This document shows positions 53,911 to 63,383 of a DNA stretch of 64,000 bases, in pieces. Each line of letters starts with the position of its first letter. Position 1 is the stretch's first letter. This DNA comes from a virus (taxonomy: Duplodnaviria > Caudoviricetes). The stretch lies in IMG/VR virus record IMGVR_UViG_3300043434_000734, positions 128,001-192,000 of that record. One strand, given 5' to 3'. A program made the translations under genes and the position numbers. Below the pieces are notes generated by a model. The model searched no databases, was not told the origin of the DNA, and was given only the letters and a program-made list of their open reading frames with translations.

Positions 53911-55209
53911 ATTTTTTGTGTGGTTGGTTTCATCGTATTTTAAAAATAAATCTTGATTATGTAGACATATGTCTTTAACATTTTCTAAAAATAAGATTTT
54001 TTCGCTTTTTGTTTTTTTACTGAATTTTTCTATTTCAGTTTCTATCATTTTAATTCGTTTAATGTCATTTAACTCATTGTCGTACGATTCATCAATATAC
54101 GGGTGAAACGTTTTAAAACCATAACTTTCTTTGATGTGTTTTAATGATTGTGACGGACCTGCCAATATAAACGGTTGACAATGGCCAACAGGTTTCCAAA
54201 TTTTTTCTGATAAAAATCCCGTATGAAAATCACTATCCTCTTGAAAAAAAATGGATTCAGTTACTAAACTCATATATGTGTTCAAATACATCTCCTTATC
54301 CTCAAACCCAATCCCCGATACATTAACTAAATCTTCAACATCGATATATTTTGATGTGTTAATAAGTAAATCGATAAACTCCTCATTATTATCGTGTTCT
54401 TTTAAGTCCTCAATAAATGTGTGATTGTAATAACTTTTTTCCCAAGAGACCATATTATTATCTAACCCCAATCTGTGTAATTTATTCAATAAAAAAATAC
54501 GATGTTTTTTCCAATGTCTAGTCAATAACAAAAAATCTTTTTTTTCTGACCCGAGTCTATTGATGAATTCATCTTTTGTTACAATTGTGGAATTATTGTC
54601 ATTTTTTAAGATTGTTTTGTTAAATTCGTGTGATTTATAACGTAGGTAAAAATTATAGTCCATAACATTATAATTGACACCCATTTTTTTTAAATTATCT
54701 TTTAATTTAAAATCAGAAAAAATTAAATAAACTTTCTCATCAGGTATATCATTTTGACGAGTAAAGTTGATTAAGGTATTAAAATTTTCGGTGTTTATAC
54801 CCAACCCTCCATCTATTACGTAATTAATTAATAATTTACCGTTAAAATTTACAATTTCATTTATAGCACTTTCGGATATAAAATTCATAATAAATTTATT
54901 GTGAATCGGGTGTTTACCAAAAAATAAGTCAAAACCTGAATGTGGTTCAATAATATAAAACCAATCGTAATTTATGTTTTTTTCCCTATCTTTTATTATC
55001 TCATATATTGATTTATTAATTGATATGTTTCCATATTCACGACTATTAAACACCGCATAATCAACCCCCCATTCTTTTGTGAAGTCTTGACCACATTTTG
55101 AATAGTTAAATTTTGACGATTCGTACAATGAAGGTAAAAATTTTGGGTCTAAACAATTCGGTATGACCCCGTTTGCAGTGACAATATCGTAACCAAAAAT
55201 TATTTTCAT
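53875..55209 (-). CDS. Probable glycosyltransferase (GT-B-like)
   Basis: FLLLTRHWKKHR, SLVTES, LSEKIWKP...QPFILAG, GFKTF..IDESYD. Confidence 0.55.
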   Translation of the reverse strand: MKIIFGYDIVTANGVIPNCLDPKFLPSLYESSKFNYSKCGQDFTKEWGVDYAVFNSREYGNISINKSIYEIIKDREKNINYDWFYIIEPHSGFDLFFGKHPIHNKFIMNFISESAINEIVNFNGKLLINYVIDGGLGINTENFNTLINFTRQNDIPDEKVYLIFSDFKLKDNLKKMGVNYNVMDYNFYLRYKSHEFNKTILKNDNNSTIVTKDEFINRLGSEKKDFLLLTRHWKKHRIFLLNKLHRLGLDNNMVSWEKSYYNHTFIEDLKEHDNNEEFIDLLINTSKYIDVEDLVNVSGIGFEDKEMYLNTYMSLVTESIFFQEDSDFHTGFLSEKIWKPVGHCQPFILAGPSQSLKHIKESYGFKTFHPYIDESYDNELNDIKRIKMIETEIEKFSKKTKSEKILFLENVKDICLHNQDLFLKYDETNHTKNLNNVLTFLTGL

Positions 55210-55269
55210 ATCTAAGTAAAAGTAAGTATAAACTATTTCTTTTTAAAGATTTAAATTCTATATTTTAAT

Positions 55270-56061
55270 ATGAAAATAACTGTAATTGGAGAATTATGTA
55301 CTGACATTTTCGTTTATGGTGAAACTAAACGATTAAGTCCTGAGGCACCCGTACCCGTGTTCAATCCATTATTTACCGAAGAAAATCCAGGTATGGCAGG
55401 TAATGTGGTTGAAAATCTAAAACCGATGGGTTTGGATGTTCAAATCAATTTCATTCACCAAACTAAAAACATAACTAAAACTCGTTATGTTGACTATAAG
55501 TCAAATCATATGTTTATCAGGGTTGATGATGGGGAAGATTCTATTGATGAATTAATTTTAACAGACGAAATCATTCGACAGATAAAAGATTCTGATGCCG
55601 TAATTGTGAGTGATTATAATAAAGGGTTTTTAACTGAGAAAACACTAAGATTGATTACGGACAATTCTAAGTTTTCCATAATGGACACTAAGAAGAAAAT
55701 AACCACCGATATATTAGAGTATTTTGATTTTGTCAAATTAAACGAATCGGAATTTAATAAACACGATTTTAACCGACATTGGTTAAATCGTATAATTGTA
55801 ACATTAGGTTCTAAAGGGGCAAAATATATTGATGAGATTTTCCCTTCGCCCGACCCTAAAGAAACAATTGATGTTAGTGGTGCCGGTGATACATTTACAG
55901 CATCATTCACATTAAAATACTTAGAAACTAAAGACATAAAACAATCAATAATTTATGCTAATAAAATGGCATCTATTGTTGTATCAAAAAGAGGAGTAAC
56001 AACACCGTGGAAAAAGCAATTATCACTGGAACAAAGGGATTTGTTGCCAAAAATTTATTAA
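55270..56061 (+). CDS. rfaE: D-glycero-D-manno-heptose-7-phosphate kinase (RfaE/HldE kinase domain, PfkB)
   Basis: RLSPEAPVPV, GMAGNV..NL, TKTRY, SDYNKG, DVSGAGDTF. Confidence 0.9.
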   Translation: MKITVIGELCTDIFVYGETKRLSPEAPVPVFNPLFTEENPGMAGNVVENLKPMGLDVQINFIHQTKNITKTRYVDYKSNHMFIRVDDGEDSIDELILTDEIIRQIKDSDAVIVSDYNKGFLTEKTLRLITDNSKFSIMDTKKKITTDILEYFDFVKLNESEFNKHDFNRHWLNRIIVTLGSKGAKYIDEIFPSPDPKETIDVSGAGDTFTASFTLKYLETKDIKQSIIYANKMASIVVSKRGVTTPWKKQLSLEQRDLLPKIY

Positions 56062-56822
56062 ACGAAATAAAAGATAAATTCGAAGTTTTAGAAATTAACG
56101 AAGATATTTTTGATAATCCGAAATGGTACGATGAAATTTTATTCATACTAAATGAGTTTCTACCGGATGTGATATTTCACGTCGGGGCTTGTTCTGATAC
56201 GTTAGAAACCGACGTTAACTATATGATGACGAGGAATTACGAATTTACTCGTTGTTTGTCCGAGTGGTCGAATTCACTTAATAAAAAATTAATTTACTCA
56301 TCATCAGCCGCCAACTACGGTATCAACGGTGTTTATCCATCTAATCTTTATGGATGGAGTAAATATGTTGCGGAACAATTGGTTATTAAAAATGGCGGAA
56401 TCGGATTAAGATACTTCAATGTGTACGGTCCATTAGAGGACCATAAAGGTAGAATGGCCTCGGTTGCGTATCAAATGTTAGAAAAACAAAAAAAAGGTCA
56501 GGAAATCAAACTATACCCCCTTAAACCACACCGCGATTTTGTTTACGTGAAAGATGTTGTCGATGCTAATCTTTTTGCTTATGAATTCTACAACCAACAT
56601 TCAGGTGATTGGTATGAAGTGGGTAGTGGGGAATCAAGAACATTTGAGGATGTTTTGGATATTTTAAAAATTGATTACACCTACTTTGATGAAAAAGACA
56701 TCCCTAAAGGTTATCAGTTTAACACTAAAAGCAAGTCAATGCATTGGATGTTGGAGTGGGAGCCGAAATGGAATTTAGAAAATGGGTTGAGGGATTATAT
56801 GGATTTTCTACGAACCAAATAA
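56007..56822 (+). CDS. hldD: ADP-L-glycero-D-manno-heptose 6-epimerase
   Basis: ITGTKGFVA, FHVGACSDT, YSSSAANYG, P.NLYGWSK, LRYFNVYGP.E.HKGRMASV, RDFVYVKD. Confidence 0.88.
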   Translation: MEKAIITGTKGFVAKNLLNEIKDKFEVLEINEDIFDNPKWYDEILFILNEFLPDVIFHVGACSDTLETDVNYMMTRNYEFTRCLSEWSNSLNKKLIYSSSAANYGINGVYPSNLYGWSKYVAEQLVIKNGGIGLRYFNVYGPLEDHKGRMASVAYQMLEKQKKGQEIKLYPLKPHRDFVYVKDVVDANLFAYEFYNQHSGDWYEVGSGESRTFEDVLDILKIDYTYFDEKDIPKGYQFNTKSKSMHWMLEWEPKWNLENGLRDYMDFLRTK

Positions 56823-57425
56823 ATTAAGTTCGTCGGATCTTCTTTTAACTAACCCTTGTGAAATACCACTACCGTCCATTCTAAATTCAGACCAATTTCT
56901 TCTTAATGATTTAAGATTACCCGAATTTATATCTTCTAAAAGTTTTGAATTAATAAATCGTTTTCTACCAATGTTGTATATTAACGACACTAATGCATCA
57001 AATTCATTTTGAGTTAGTGGTACTTTGACATATTCGTTTATTGCACTTACGGCAATTTTATTTATATCGTTTTTTAATATTTGTAAAGCGGTTGGTTCAC
57101 TCACTCGTTTGTTCTCTAATTCGGGGTGAAAATCAATTCTAGTGCCATAACCAATTGTTTTCTTACCACTTGGACATATATATGTGGTTGGGCTAAACTT
57201 CTCAAATTTCTTAATCATATCAACGGCTCTTTGACTAAACGTCTTAGCACTTCTAATTGGGTTTTTATCCAACTGTAAACCTTGTCTTGCACGTTGATTT
57301 CTTTCGAATTCACCACCTTTACCTAAATAATCACTTTTGGGTACATTATCCACTGGTGGGACATACTTAAACTGCTGCTCCTTTATTATTTTTTTTAATT
57401 GATTTTCCGTGATTATGATATTCAT
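56808..57425 (-). CDS. GH24 lysozyme with head-protein-type N-terminus
   Basis: MNIIITENQL; IKKFE.F...YICPSGKKTIGYG, QNEFDALVS..YNIG, GLVKRR.DE. Confidence 0.9.
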   Translation of the reverse strand: MNIIITENQLKKIIKEQQFKYVPPVDNVPKSDYLGKGGEFERNQRARQGLQLDKNPIRSAKTFSQRAVDMIKKFEKFSPTTYICPSGKKTIGYGTRIDFHPELENKRVSEPTALQILKNDINKIAVSAINEYVKVPLTQNEFDALVSLIYNIGRKRFINSKLLEDINSGNLKSLRRNWSEFRMDGSGISQGLVKRRSDELNLFGS

Positions 57426-57444
57426 ACCTTAATAAATACCAATA

Positions 57445-57693
57445 TTATTCAAATGGGACGTAAAGGTTTTTGATTTTTTGGAAAAAGACCAATTCATAAC
57501 CATCAGGATTATCCGATTTCATTTTAAATTGCAATTGTCCGTTTTCGTTTTTGTACATTCCGATAAACCCTAAACCATCGCAAGCAATGTCTGATGTGTC
57601 ACCAGGTCTCATATTATGTGAAACCTCTTTAATTTCAAACGACGGTTCAACGTCGGAACCTGTCCACTCTTTGTATTCTAATGAAAATGCCAT
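57445..57693 (-). CDS. Hypothetical protein, tandem paralogue B
   Basis: SLEYKEWTG..EVS.N..CDG.GF..GQL..KMKS. Confidence 0.65.
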   Translation of the reverse strand: MAFSLEYKEWTGSDVEPSFEIKEVSHNMRPGDTSDIACDGLGFIGMYKNENGQLQFKMKSDNPDGYELVFFQKIKNLYVPFE

Positions 57694-57764
57694 AATGTGT
57701 TTTTTTAAAACATAAACAAAAAACCCCTCATTGTGGAGGGGTTTTTAAAATTAGTATGTTTTTT

Positions 57765-58031
57765 TTATTCAGTAGGAGGTGTAACGCTGTGTACGTTGTA
57801 CTTCGATAAAATATCAAAATAGGATACAATTTCACTTGGCTCACCGTTAATAGATTTCATTTTAGCTTTTAATTGACCATCTGAGTCCTTCAACAATGCA
57901 ACGAAACCGATTCCGTCACAAGTAAATTCTTTTTCCATATCAGGTCCTAAATTTGAAGAAACTTCAGTAATTGAAAATTCAACATCGACATTCTCTCCTG
58001 TCCATTCTTTGTATTCTAATGAGTATCCCAT
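57765..58031 (-). CDS. Hypothetical protein, tandem paralogue A
   Basis: Same motifs as 57445-57693. Confidence 0.65.
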   Translation of the reverse strand: MGYSLEYKEWTGENVDVEFSITEVSSNLGPDMEKEFTCDGIGFVALLKDSDGQLKAKMKSINGEPSEIVSYFDILSKYNVHSVTPPTE

Positions 58032-58072
58032 AGTATTTTGTTTTTATATAAATATCAAGATAATGTGGAAAA

Positions 58073-59296
58073 TTAATATTTTAAACTTTTCTTTTGGGTG
58101 ACAGCATCATCAAAATTATAAAACAAGTCCCACCAATTGTTAATTTTAGTTGACCCATCAACAATATCATTATTAAAACCTGGTACCGACTGCCACCAAA
58201 AAATAAACCATTTAGTTTGTGAATCTGTTGAATAATCCACATTACCGGTTAATCCGGCACTTGGGGATATCATACTAATTTTAGTCTCAAATTGGTATTT
58301 TTTATTTAACCACGTATCTACATTTACGTCGACATAGGTCCCACCCGAAGGTTTCCAAGTCATAATATCCGACTTCGCGGGTATTTTATTTGAATAGTCG
58401 TAATCTTTTGTTGAATTAGGACACCAATGTGTATTGCCACCCCTACCTACTTTTGCAAATTGATTACTCCAAGTTGAGTTATCGAAAAACATCATTTGTC
58501 TCTCCAATTGATGACCTCTATTATGTAAATCGGTATCGACCCCTCTCCAACCATTATCACCATACACCACATACGTTTTATTGTATCTTGGTAAATCGGT
58601 CATTTCACCACCACCGTTTGACACGTCGTAATAACTTGCCCCTTTTTTTGGTGACATATTGGATTCAGGTACATTGTAACTAAGGTACCCGTGTTCTCTT
58701 GGAAATGATGTGAACCACACTTCTTTTACCCCTAAAGAGTCAACGTATTTTTCTAAACCGACTCTCCCCATCAATTCATTAAAATCGATATTCCACCAAT
58801 CTCTTTTATAATTCGGACTAATTCCAATATAGTTATATTTGACGTCATATACGTTAATGTACGCTACCACATCAATTGTTACATATTGTTTTACGGTGTT
58901 CGTGGCATAATCTCTAAATTTAGTCCCCTCCTCGATTGCGTTTTTCTCAATTATTTTATCTTTGAGTATTTTTTCTTTTGCTCTTTCTAATGTGTAATAA
59001 GGACCCGTCATATTTTGACCAACAGAGTCTTGTGTCCTATTTCTATCTAATTCGATACCGTCTTTAGTTGGTAAATAATTTATAATAACAATCGGTACCA
59101 CTATTTTACCAACATCTAATGATGCCTTTAATCTTGAATCAATCGGAACAATTTCAACACCGGTCGGTATCTTAGGCACTATCGGATTTGAACTTACCGT
59201 ATCAATTTTCCCAACAACCACAGGTTGTGGTTCAATAACCTCCTTAGTACAACCGAATAATAGTATAGATAATACGAGACACTTAAAATTTGTCAT
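58073..59296 (-). CDS. Lipoprotein with degenerate zincin-like motif
   Basis: LFGC lipobox; VKEVW; HNRGHQLE; upstream TATCTTTG on minus strand. Confidence 0.6.
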   Translation of the reverse strand: MTNFKCLVLSILLFGCTKEVIEPQPVVVGKIDTVSSNPIVPKIPTGVEIVPIDSRLKASLDVGKIVVPIVIINYLPTKDGIELDRNRTQDSVGQNMTGPYYTLERAKEKILKDKIIEKNAIEEGTKFRDYATNTVKQYVTIDVVAYINVYDVKYNYIGISPNYKRDWWNIDFNELMGRVGLEKYVDSLGVKEVWFTSFPREHGYLSYNVPESNMSPKKGASYYDVSNGGGEMTDLPRYNKTYVVYGDNGWRGVDTDLHNRGHQLERQMMFFDNSTWSNQFAKVGRGGNTHWCPNSTKDYDYSNKIPAKSDIMTWKPSGGTYVDVNVDTWLNKKYQFETKISMISPSAGLTGNVDYSTDSQTKWFIFWWQSVPGFNNDIVDGSTKINNWWDLFYNFDDAVTQKKSLKY

Positions 59297-59398
59297 AATT
59301 TTTTATTTATAGGACAAAGATATATGTATATTTAGAATATACCAAAAATATTTTAGTATTTTTTTTATAAATTTTAAAATATATTGAAAATCAGTAAG

Positions 59399-60955
59399 TT
59401 ACATTCTAATGTCCCCTAAATAATCATTAAGGATTTCATTAAAATAATCTTCGTTTACGTCAGGTGTCCACCTATCATCAACTCGGAAATTGGGCTTACC
59501 GTAATAATCACCCATTAATTCATCAAATACACATTCGTAACTATCGTCGCACCTCTCGAAGTAATCATCTAAATCATCTAAATCATCCTCACTAACTCCG
59601 TGACCATCAATTATTGTCTGTAAATTAATTTTAATGGTTACACCTTCGTCATTTAATTGAGTTACTTCACCATATTCTTCAAGTGCATTTCTTAGTGAAT
59701 TTTTATAGTATACATAATATGAATCATTTTCAGCTGAGGATAATGCATTACCTAAGGCGCTTCTTATTTCATAATTATTATCAAATTCCTGAATTAGTTC
59801 ATTTAAAGATTTACCCTCAATCTCATCTGGATTTGTAAACCCCTTTATTAAATCCCAAATAATTTGAATATTCTCATCGTCGGCGTAATATTCTAAAGCC
59901 AAACTCCATTCACCATTACCCTCAAACAAATCAAAATAATCACCACTTAATAACGTTTCAAACATTCCTGTAGATCGTTGATTACCACGACTATCTTTCC
60001 ATTTTCTTACCGTCCAATCACCATCAACATAACGTGAAATATATGACGGCTCAATATGTAAATCAAAATACATTTCTTCTTTAGATCTATTGGCAACTAA
60101 ACCAATCTTTTGTAGTGCACGTCTACCTTTTCTACCTTCAAATAAATCAGGTTTCTCTTCGTATATTTCTTTAATCTTTTCCTCGGGTAAATCAGTTAAT
60201 TGAAAATCTTCTTCGGACGCATATTCTGAACCAAACTTCTCAACAATATCACTCATTATAAATGGAATGATATAAGGGTGAGTTTCCGATGTTGGTTTCT
60301 TATTACGTGGACCCTTCATTTGTAAAAGTACACCGTCATCATTAACTGATGCAGTAACAAAACTTCTATTCTTAGTGAATTTGGTATTTTCTATAGGTGA
60401 GGTAAACCTCAATGAATAAAGATTACCCGAACTTCTACCACAATGACCCATTCTTTTGGATTCTTCATCACAATCTCTAGTTTCAAGATCCACCCAATAA
60501 TAACCAAATCCTTTATCGTTTCTAAAATCAACAACAACAGGATGTTCTTCTTTGTAATCTATTGTAGAATCCCCCACACCTAATTCATCGTGCCATTTTT
60601 TAGATTCGGCAACTAGTTGGTCAAATGTTAAATTTTGATATGGTTTAACATTACCATTTAATCCTACACGAATCCAATCCATAACAGATGTAATGTGTTG
60701 TCTTGATGTTTGTAATGTATAACCTTGATTTAAATAATTGATTGTATCTTGTCTACTTGTTTCCAACCCTTCTCTTTGTTTTGAGAATTGTATGTGTACA
60801 ATGTCAATTAATTTATTTGCCATAAAAACGGAAAGAGGTCCACATAACGATGTTAAAAAGTCGGCATTCTTCTCACTTAATCCCAACTTTTCAATTAGAA
60901 CATCTTTTTTACTGGCTTCAACAATTAAATTATATAGTATGTTGTTAAATTTCAT
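59399..60955 (-). CDS. Large acidic hypothetical protein (PcfJ-like segment; putative virion protein)
   Basis: MKFNNILYNLIVEA; EESKRMGHC..YSLR..VTA..LLQMKGPRN. Confidence 0.55.
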   Translation of the reverse strand: MKFNNILYNLIVEASKKDVLIEKLGLSEKNADFLTSLCGPLSVFMANKLIDIVHIQFSKQREGLETSRQDTINYLNQGYTLQTSRQHITSVMDWIRVGLNGNVKPYQNLTFDQLVAESKKWHDELGVGDSTIDYKEEHPVVVDFRNDKGFGYYWVDLETRDCDEESKRMGHCGRSSGNLYSLRFTSPIENTKFTKNRSFVTASVNDDGVLLQMKGPRNKKPTSETHPYIIPFIMSDIVEKFGSEYASEEDFQLTDLPEEKIKEIYEEKPDLFEGRKGRRALQKIGLVANRSKEEMYFDLHIEPSYISRYVDGDWTVRKWKDSRGNQRSTGMFETLLSGDYFDLFEGNGEWSLALEYYADDENIQIIWDLIKGFTNPDEIEGKSLNELIQEFDNNYEIRSALGNALSSAENDSYYVYYKNSLRNALEEYGEVTQLNDEGVTIKINLQTIIDGHGVSEDDLDDLDDYFERCDDSYECVFDELMGDYYGKPNFRVDDRWTPDVNEDYFNEILNDYLGDIRM

Positions 60956-61060
60956 ATTCTATAAATATCAAAAAAAAGGATATGAGTAGCGAATTCATAT
61001 CCTCAAACGGGAAAAGTAACTAGTCCCGGTCCTAAGCAGGGTCTTCAAACCCTGGGTATC

Positions 61061-61393
61061 TTATAAAAATCTATTAAATTCAGATTTTATTTTATTAACT
61101 GATTCATTGATTTCGTATTCAACACTTTCATCAAATTCAACATCAACGGACTCATTGTCGTTTGAAACTTCCTCACCGTTGGTTGATAATTTATTTGAAA
61201 GGTCAACCATTAACTTATCGATTAACTCTTGATTGTCACCAACCAATTCTTTGAATTGACTAACGAAACTATCTGTCATTCTTTCGGCCTCACTAGCAAC
61301 ATCCATTGGTTCAACACCGTCGGCTTGTTCATTAAGATTTTTAGTCATAATTCTTTTTAATTGTTCTTCGGTGATTTTAAGTTTCTTTGACAT
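61061..61393 (-). CDS. Acidic putative head/scaffold protein
   Basis: KLKITEEQLKRI..LNEQ; C-terminal INESVNKIK. Confidence 0.6.
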   Translation of the reverse strand: MSKKLKITEEQLKRIMTKNLNEQADGVEPMDVASEAERMTDSFVSQFKELVGDNQELIDKLMVDLSNKLSTNGEEVSNDNESVDVEFDESVEYEINESVNKIKSEFNRFL

Positions 61394-61467
61394 TTTTGTG
61401 TATTTGTATATAAATATCGGTTATTTATTTAAAACGTTTTATTTACCGTTAATTAGTTATATTCTCA

Positions 61468-61581
61468 TTACTTCTTCAATAACTTTTTTAAGATTGCAAG
61501 ATTACTTTTATATAATTCCATTTTCTTTCTTCCTGAACGTACACTTCTCATTGCACGTGGTTTTTTTAATTTTGTCCCCAT
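61468..61581 (-). CDS. Small basic protein (37 aa, MGTKLKKPRAMRSVRSGRKKMELYKSNLAILKKLLKK)
   Basis: Read directly; TATTTAT upstream. Confidence 0.5.
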   Translation of the reverse strand: MGTKLKKPRAMRSVRSGRKKMELYKSNLAILKKLLKK

Positions 61582-61681
61582 AATAAATGTCTTTTATATA
61601 AATACATAAAATCCCACAAATTTCAACGGGGGTTCCGGCGTGCGAAAACAAAACCGTGAAAGGGGCTTCCGGTCATCAAAA

Positions 61682-61915
61682 TTATACGGGAAGAACACAT
61701 AAACGTTCAAACTCATCATTTCTTAACGCAAATGTTTGTTCGTGATTACCACCATCCGATTTAAGATGAACCAAATATAGACCCAAGTTTGTTTTCTCCA
61801 CGTCGATTTTTTGTCCGGGTATAAATCCCATATCCATCAACCTTAATCTTAGACAAGGTTTACAGTTATAACAGGGATTATTCTCAATGACGTCCGATAT
61901 TTCGTAGTGTTTCAT
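61682..61915 (-). CDS. FeoA-like SH3 protein
   Basis: LRLRLMDMGFIPGQKI..FALRNDE. Confidence 0.75.
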   Translation of the reverse strand: MKHYEISDVIENNPCYNCKPCLRLRLMDMGFIPGQKIDVEKTNLGLYLVHLKSDGGNHEQTFALRNDEFERLCVLPV

Positions 61916-61916
61916 A

Positions 61917-62648
61917 CTAAGGTTGTTTATCGTACCACTTCTTTAACGACTCAATATAACTGGCGGTCATATGGTCCTTAATTGTCTTTCCCGTCACCAC
62001 AGATTTAATATAATTCCAGACACGTTCCCAATCAATCATATACTTCTTAATATTACCCTCGTAGTCGATTCGTAACATATGGTTAACGTGATAGTATCCA
62101 ATGTTCGGAGAACGTGTCACCAGGTCGTTATTATGGACGATTCTGAGGGTTTTAATGTTCATCTTATCATAGTTATCCTTAAAGGTCTTATTACCAACTC
62201 TGGGACTCCCTATGGTACAACATTCAATAGGTGTATTTGTAAACACGTGTGAAAGATTATATGCACACAAGGTAGCAACCGCAGCACCAAGACTATGACC
62301 ACACACAACAATCTTATCATACCCACTCATCTTAGTGATATCTTTAAGAACGATGTTCTTAACGGCATCCCAAGAAGATAGGAAACCAATATGTACTTTA
62401 TCACCAGGATTTATGAATGGAACCTTATCGATTGATGCATCGTTCTGAGCATCCTTCTTGGATGACGTTCCTCTGAAGACCACATAGAGTGACTTCCCTT
62501 TCATTGCAACAAATCCCTGTGTATCGGTTTTCTTATCATCAACCCATTTAACAGACGTTAGTCCGTATTCACCGAAGTCAATGTCTTTTTGGTCTTTGTA
62601 TACAACGTCACATAAGTGGACATTGTAGAGTATGTCGTCTTTTGTCAT
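61917..62648 (-). CDS. Class 3 lipase
   Basis: VVFRGT, VHIGF, CGHSLGAAVA, IGSPRVGN, VHNNDLV.R.P, DH. Confidence 0.92.
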   Translation of the reverse strand: MTKDDILYNVHLCDVVYKDQKDIDFGEYGLTSVKWVDDKKTDTQGFVAMKGKSLYVVFRGTSSKKDAQNDASIDKVPFINPGDKVHIGFLSSWDAVKNIVLKDITKMSGYDKIVVCGHSLGAAVATLCAYNLSHVFTNTPIECCTIGSPRVGNKTFKDNYDKMNIKTLRIVHNNDLVTRSPNIGYYHVNHMLRIDYEGNIKKYMIDWERVWNYIKSVVTGKTIKDHMTASYIESLKKWYDKQP

Positions 62649-62652
62649 ATGT

Positions 62653-62964
62653 TTAAATCGGTCTATTACCACGGAACGCACGTTCCACGTCGTGTTTGGT
62701 GCAACCAAACCATTTGGCAATGTCCCTCATCATTGGGTACAATGCCTTATCGGATAGATGTGTTGGTCTACATTGGTCCTTAACATAGTCAGGAGGACAC
62801 AGTTTAATCCCATCAGTTGATTCCGTATAGTAACAACCCATATGTTTCATTGACCACGCAATAAGTTTCTTAACCTCCTTACTTGAGTGTTTGTCTTCGT
62901 TGAGGGTTTCAGTAGTGTTAGATATTAAAGTCCTTAATTGTTCTTCTGTTATAAGAATGTTCAT
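62653..62964 (-). CDS. Putative head-packaged small protein
   Basis: MNILITEEQL..TLNE. Confidence 0.6.
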   Translation of the reverse strand: MNILITEEQLRTLISNTTETLNEDKHSSKEVKKLIAWSMKHMGCYYTESTDGIKLCPPDYVKDQCRPTHLSDKALYPMMRDIAKWFGCTKHDVERAFRGNRPI

Positions 62965-62980
62965 AACATATAAATATATT

Positions 62981-63319
62981 CTAACGCCAAAGAATTTGAA
63001 TTCCGAGAATCACCATACCGAGTATAAGACACACAACGGTTTTTAATGTTAACGGTTCTTTGAAGATATAATAACTCATTAGACCAAAGACAATAATACC
63101 TATGGAGAACCCTATTAGACGACTTGGCCATATCTCACCGTTAAAGGATTTAACAAGATATTCTACCGATTTGAGAAACATATAACTAAGTGGTATTGAT
63201 GACAATAATGTTAGTATTGGGTATTTTTGTAAAAATCCCCATTTAACATTCCCCTGTAGTTGAAGAAAGGTTAATATTTGTGCTGCAATTCCATATAGTA
63301 TTCCGATTATTAAGTCCAT
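62981..63319 (-). CDS. Four-TM small membrane protein
   Basis: Paralogue of 23348-23701. Confidence 0.6.
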   Translation of the reverse strand: MDLIIGILYGIAAQILTFLQLQGNVKWGFLQKYPILTLLSSIPLSYMFLKSVEYLVKSFNGEIWPSRLIGFSIGIIVFGLMSYYIFKEPLTLKTVVCLILGMVILGIQILWR

Positions 63320-63350
63320 AGAATAGAATATACGAAATATAGTTGAAATA

Positions 63351-63376
63351 AAAAACCCTCCATTAGGAGGGTTTTT
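63351..63376. terminator. Bidirectional terminator
   Basis: AAAAACCCTCC-atta-GGAGGGTTTTT. Confidence 0.8.
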
Positions 63377-63383
63377 GTATTAT

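Noticed and set aside
2590-58683. Antisense or nested ORFs (for example 2590, 3735, 5821, 7021, 7275, 9506, 11448, 11659, 12652, 31194, 31847, 45199, 46934, 50726, 55614, 58429)
   Set aside because: Shadow frames of well-supported genes, with no motifs or start context
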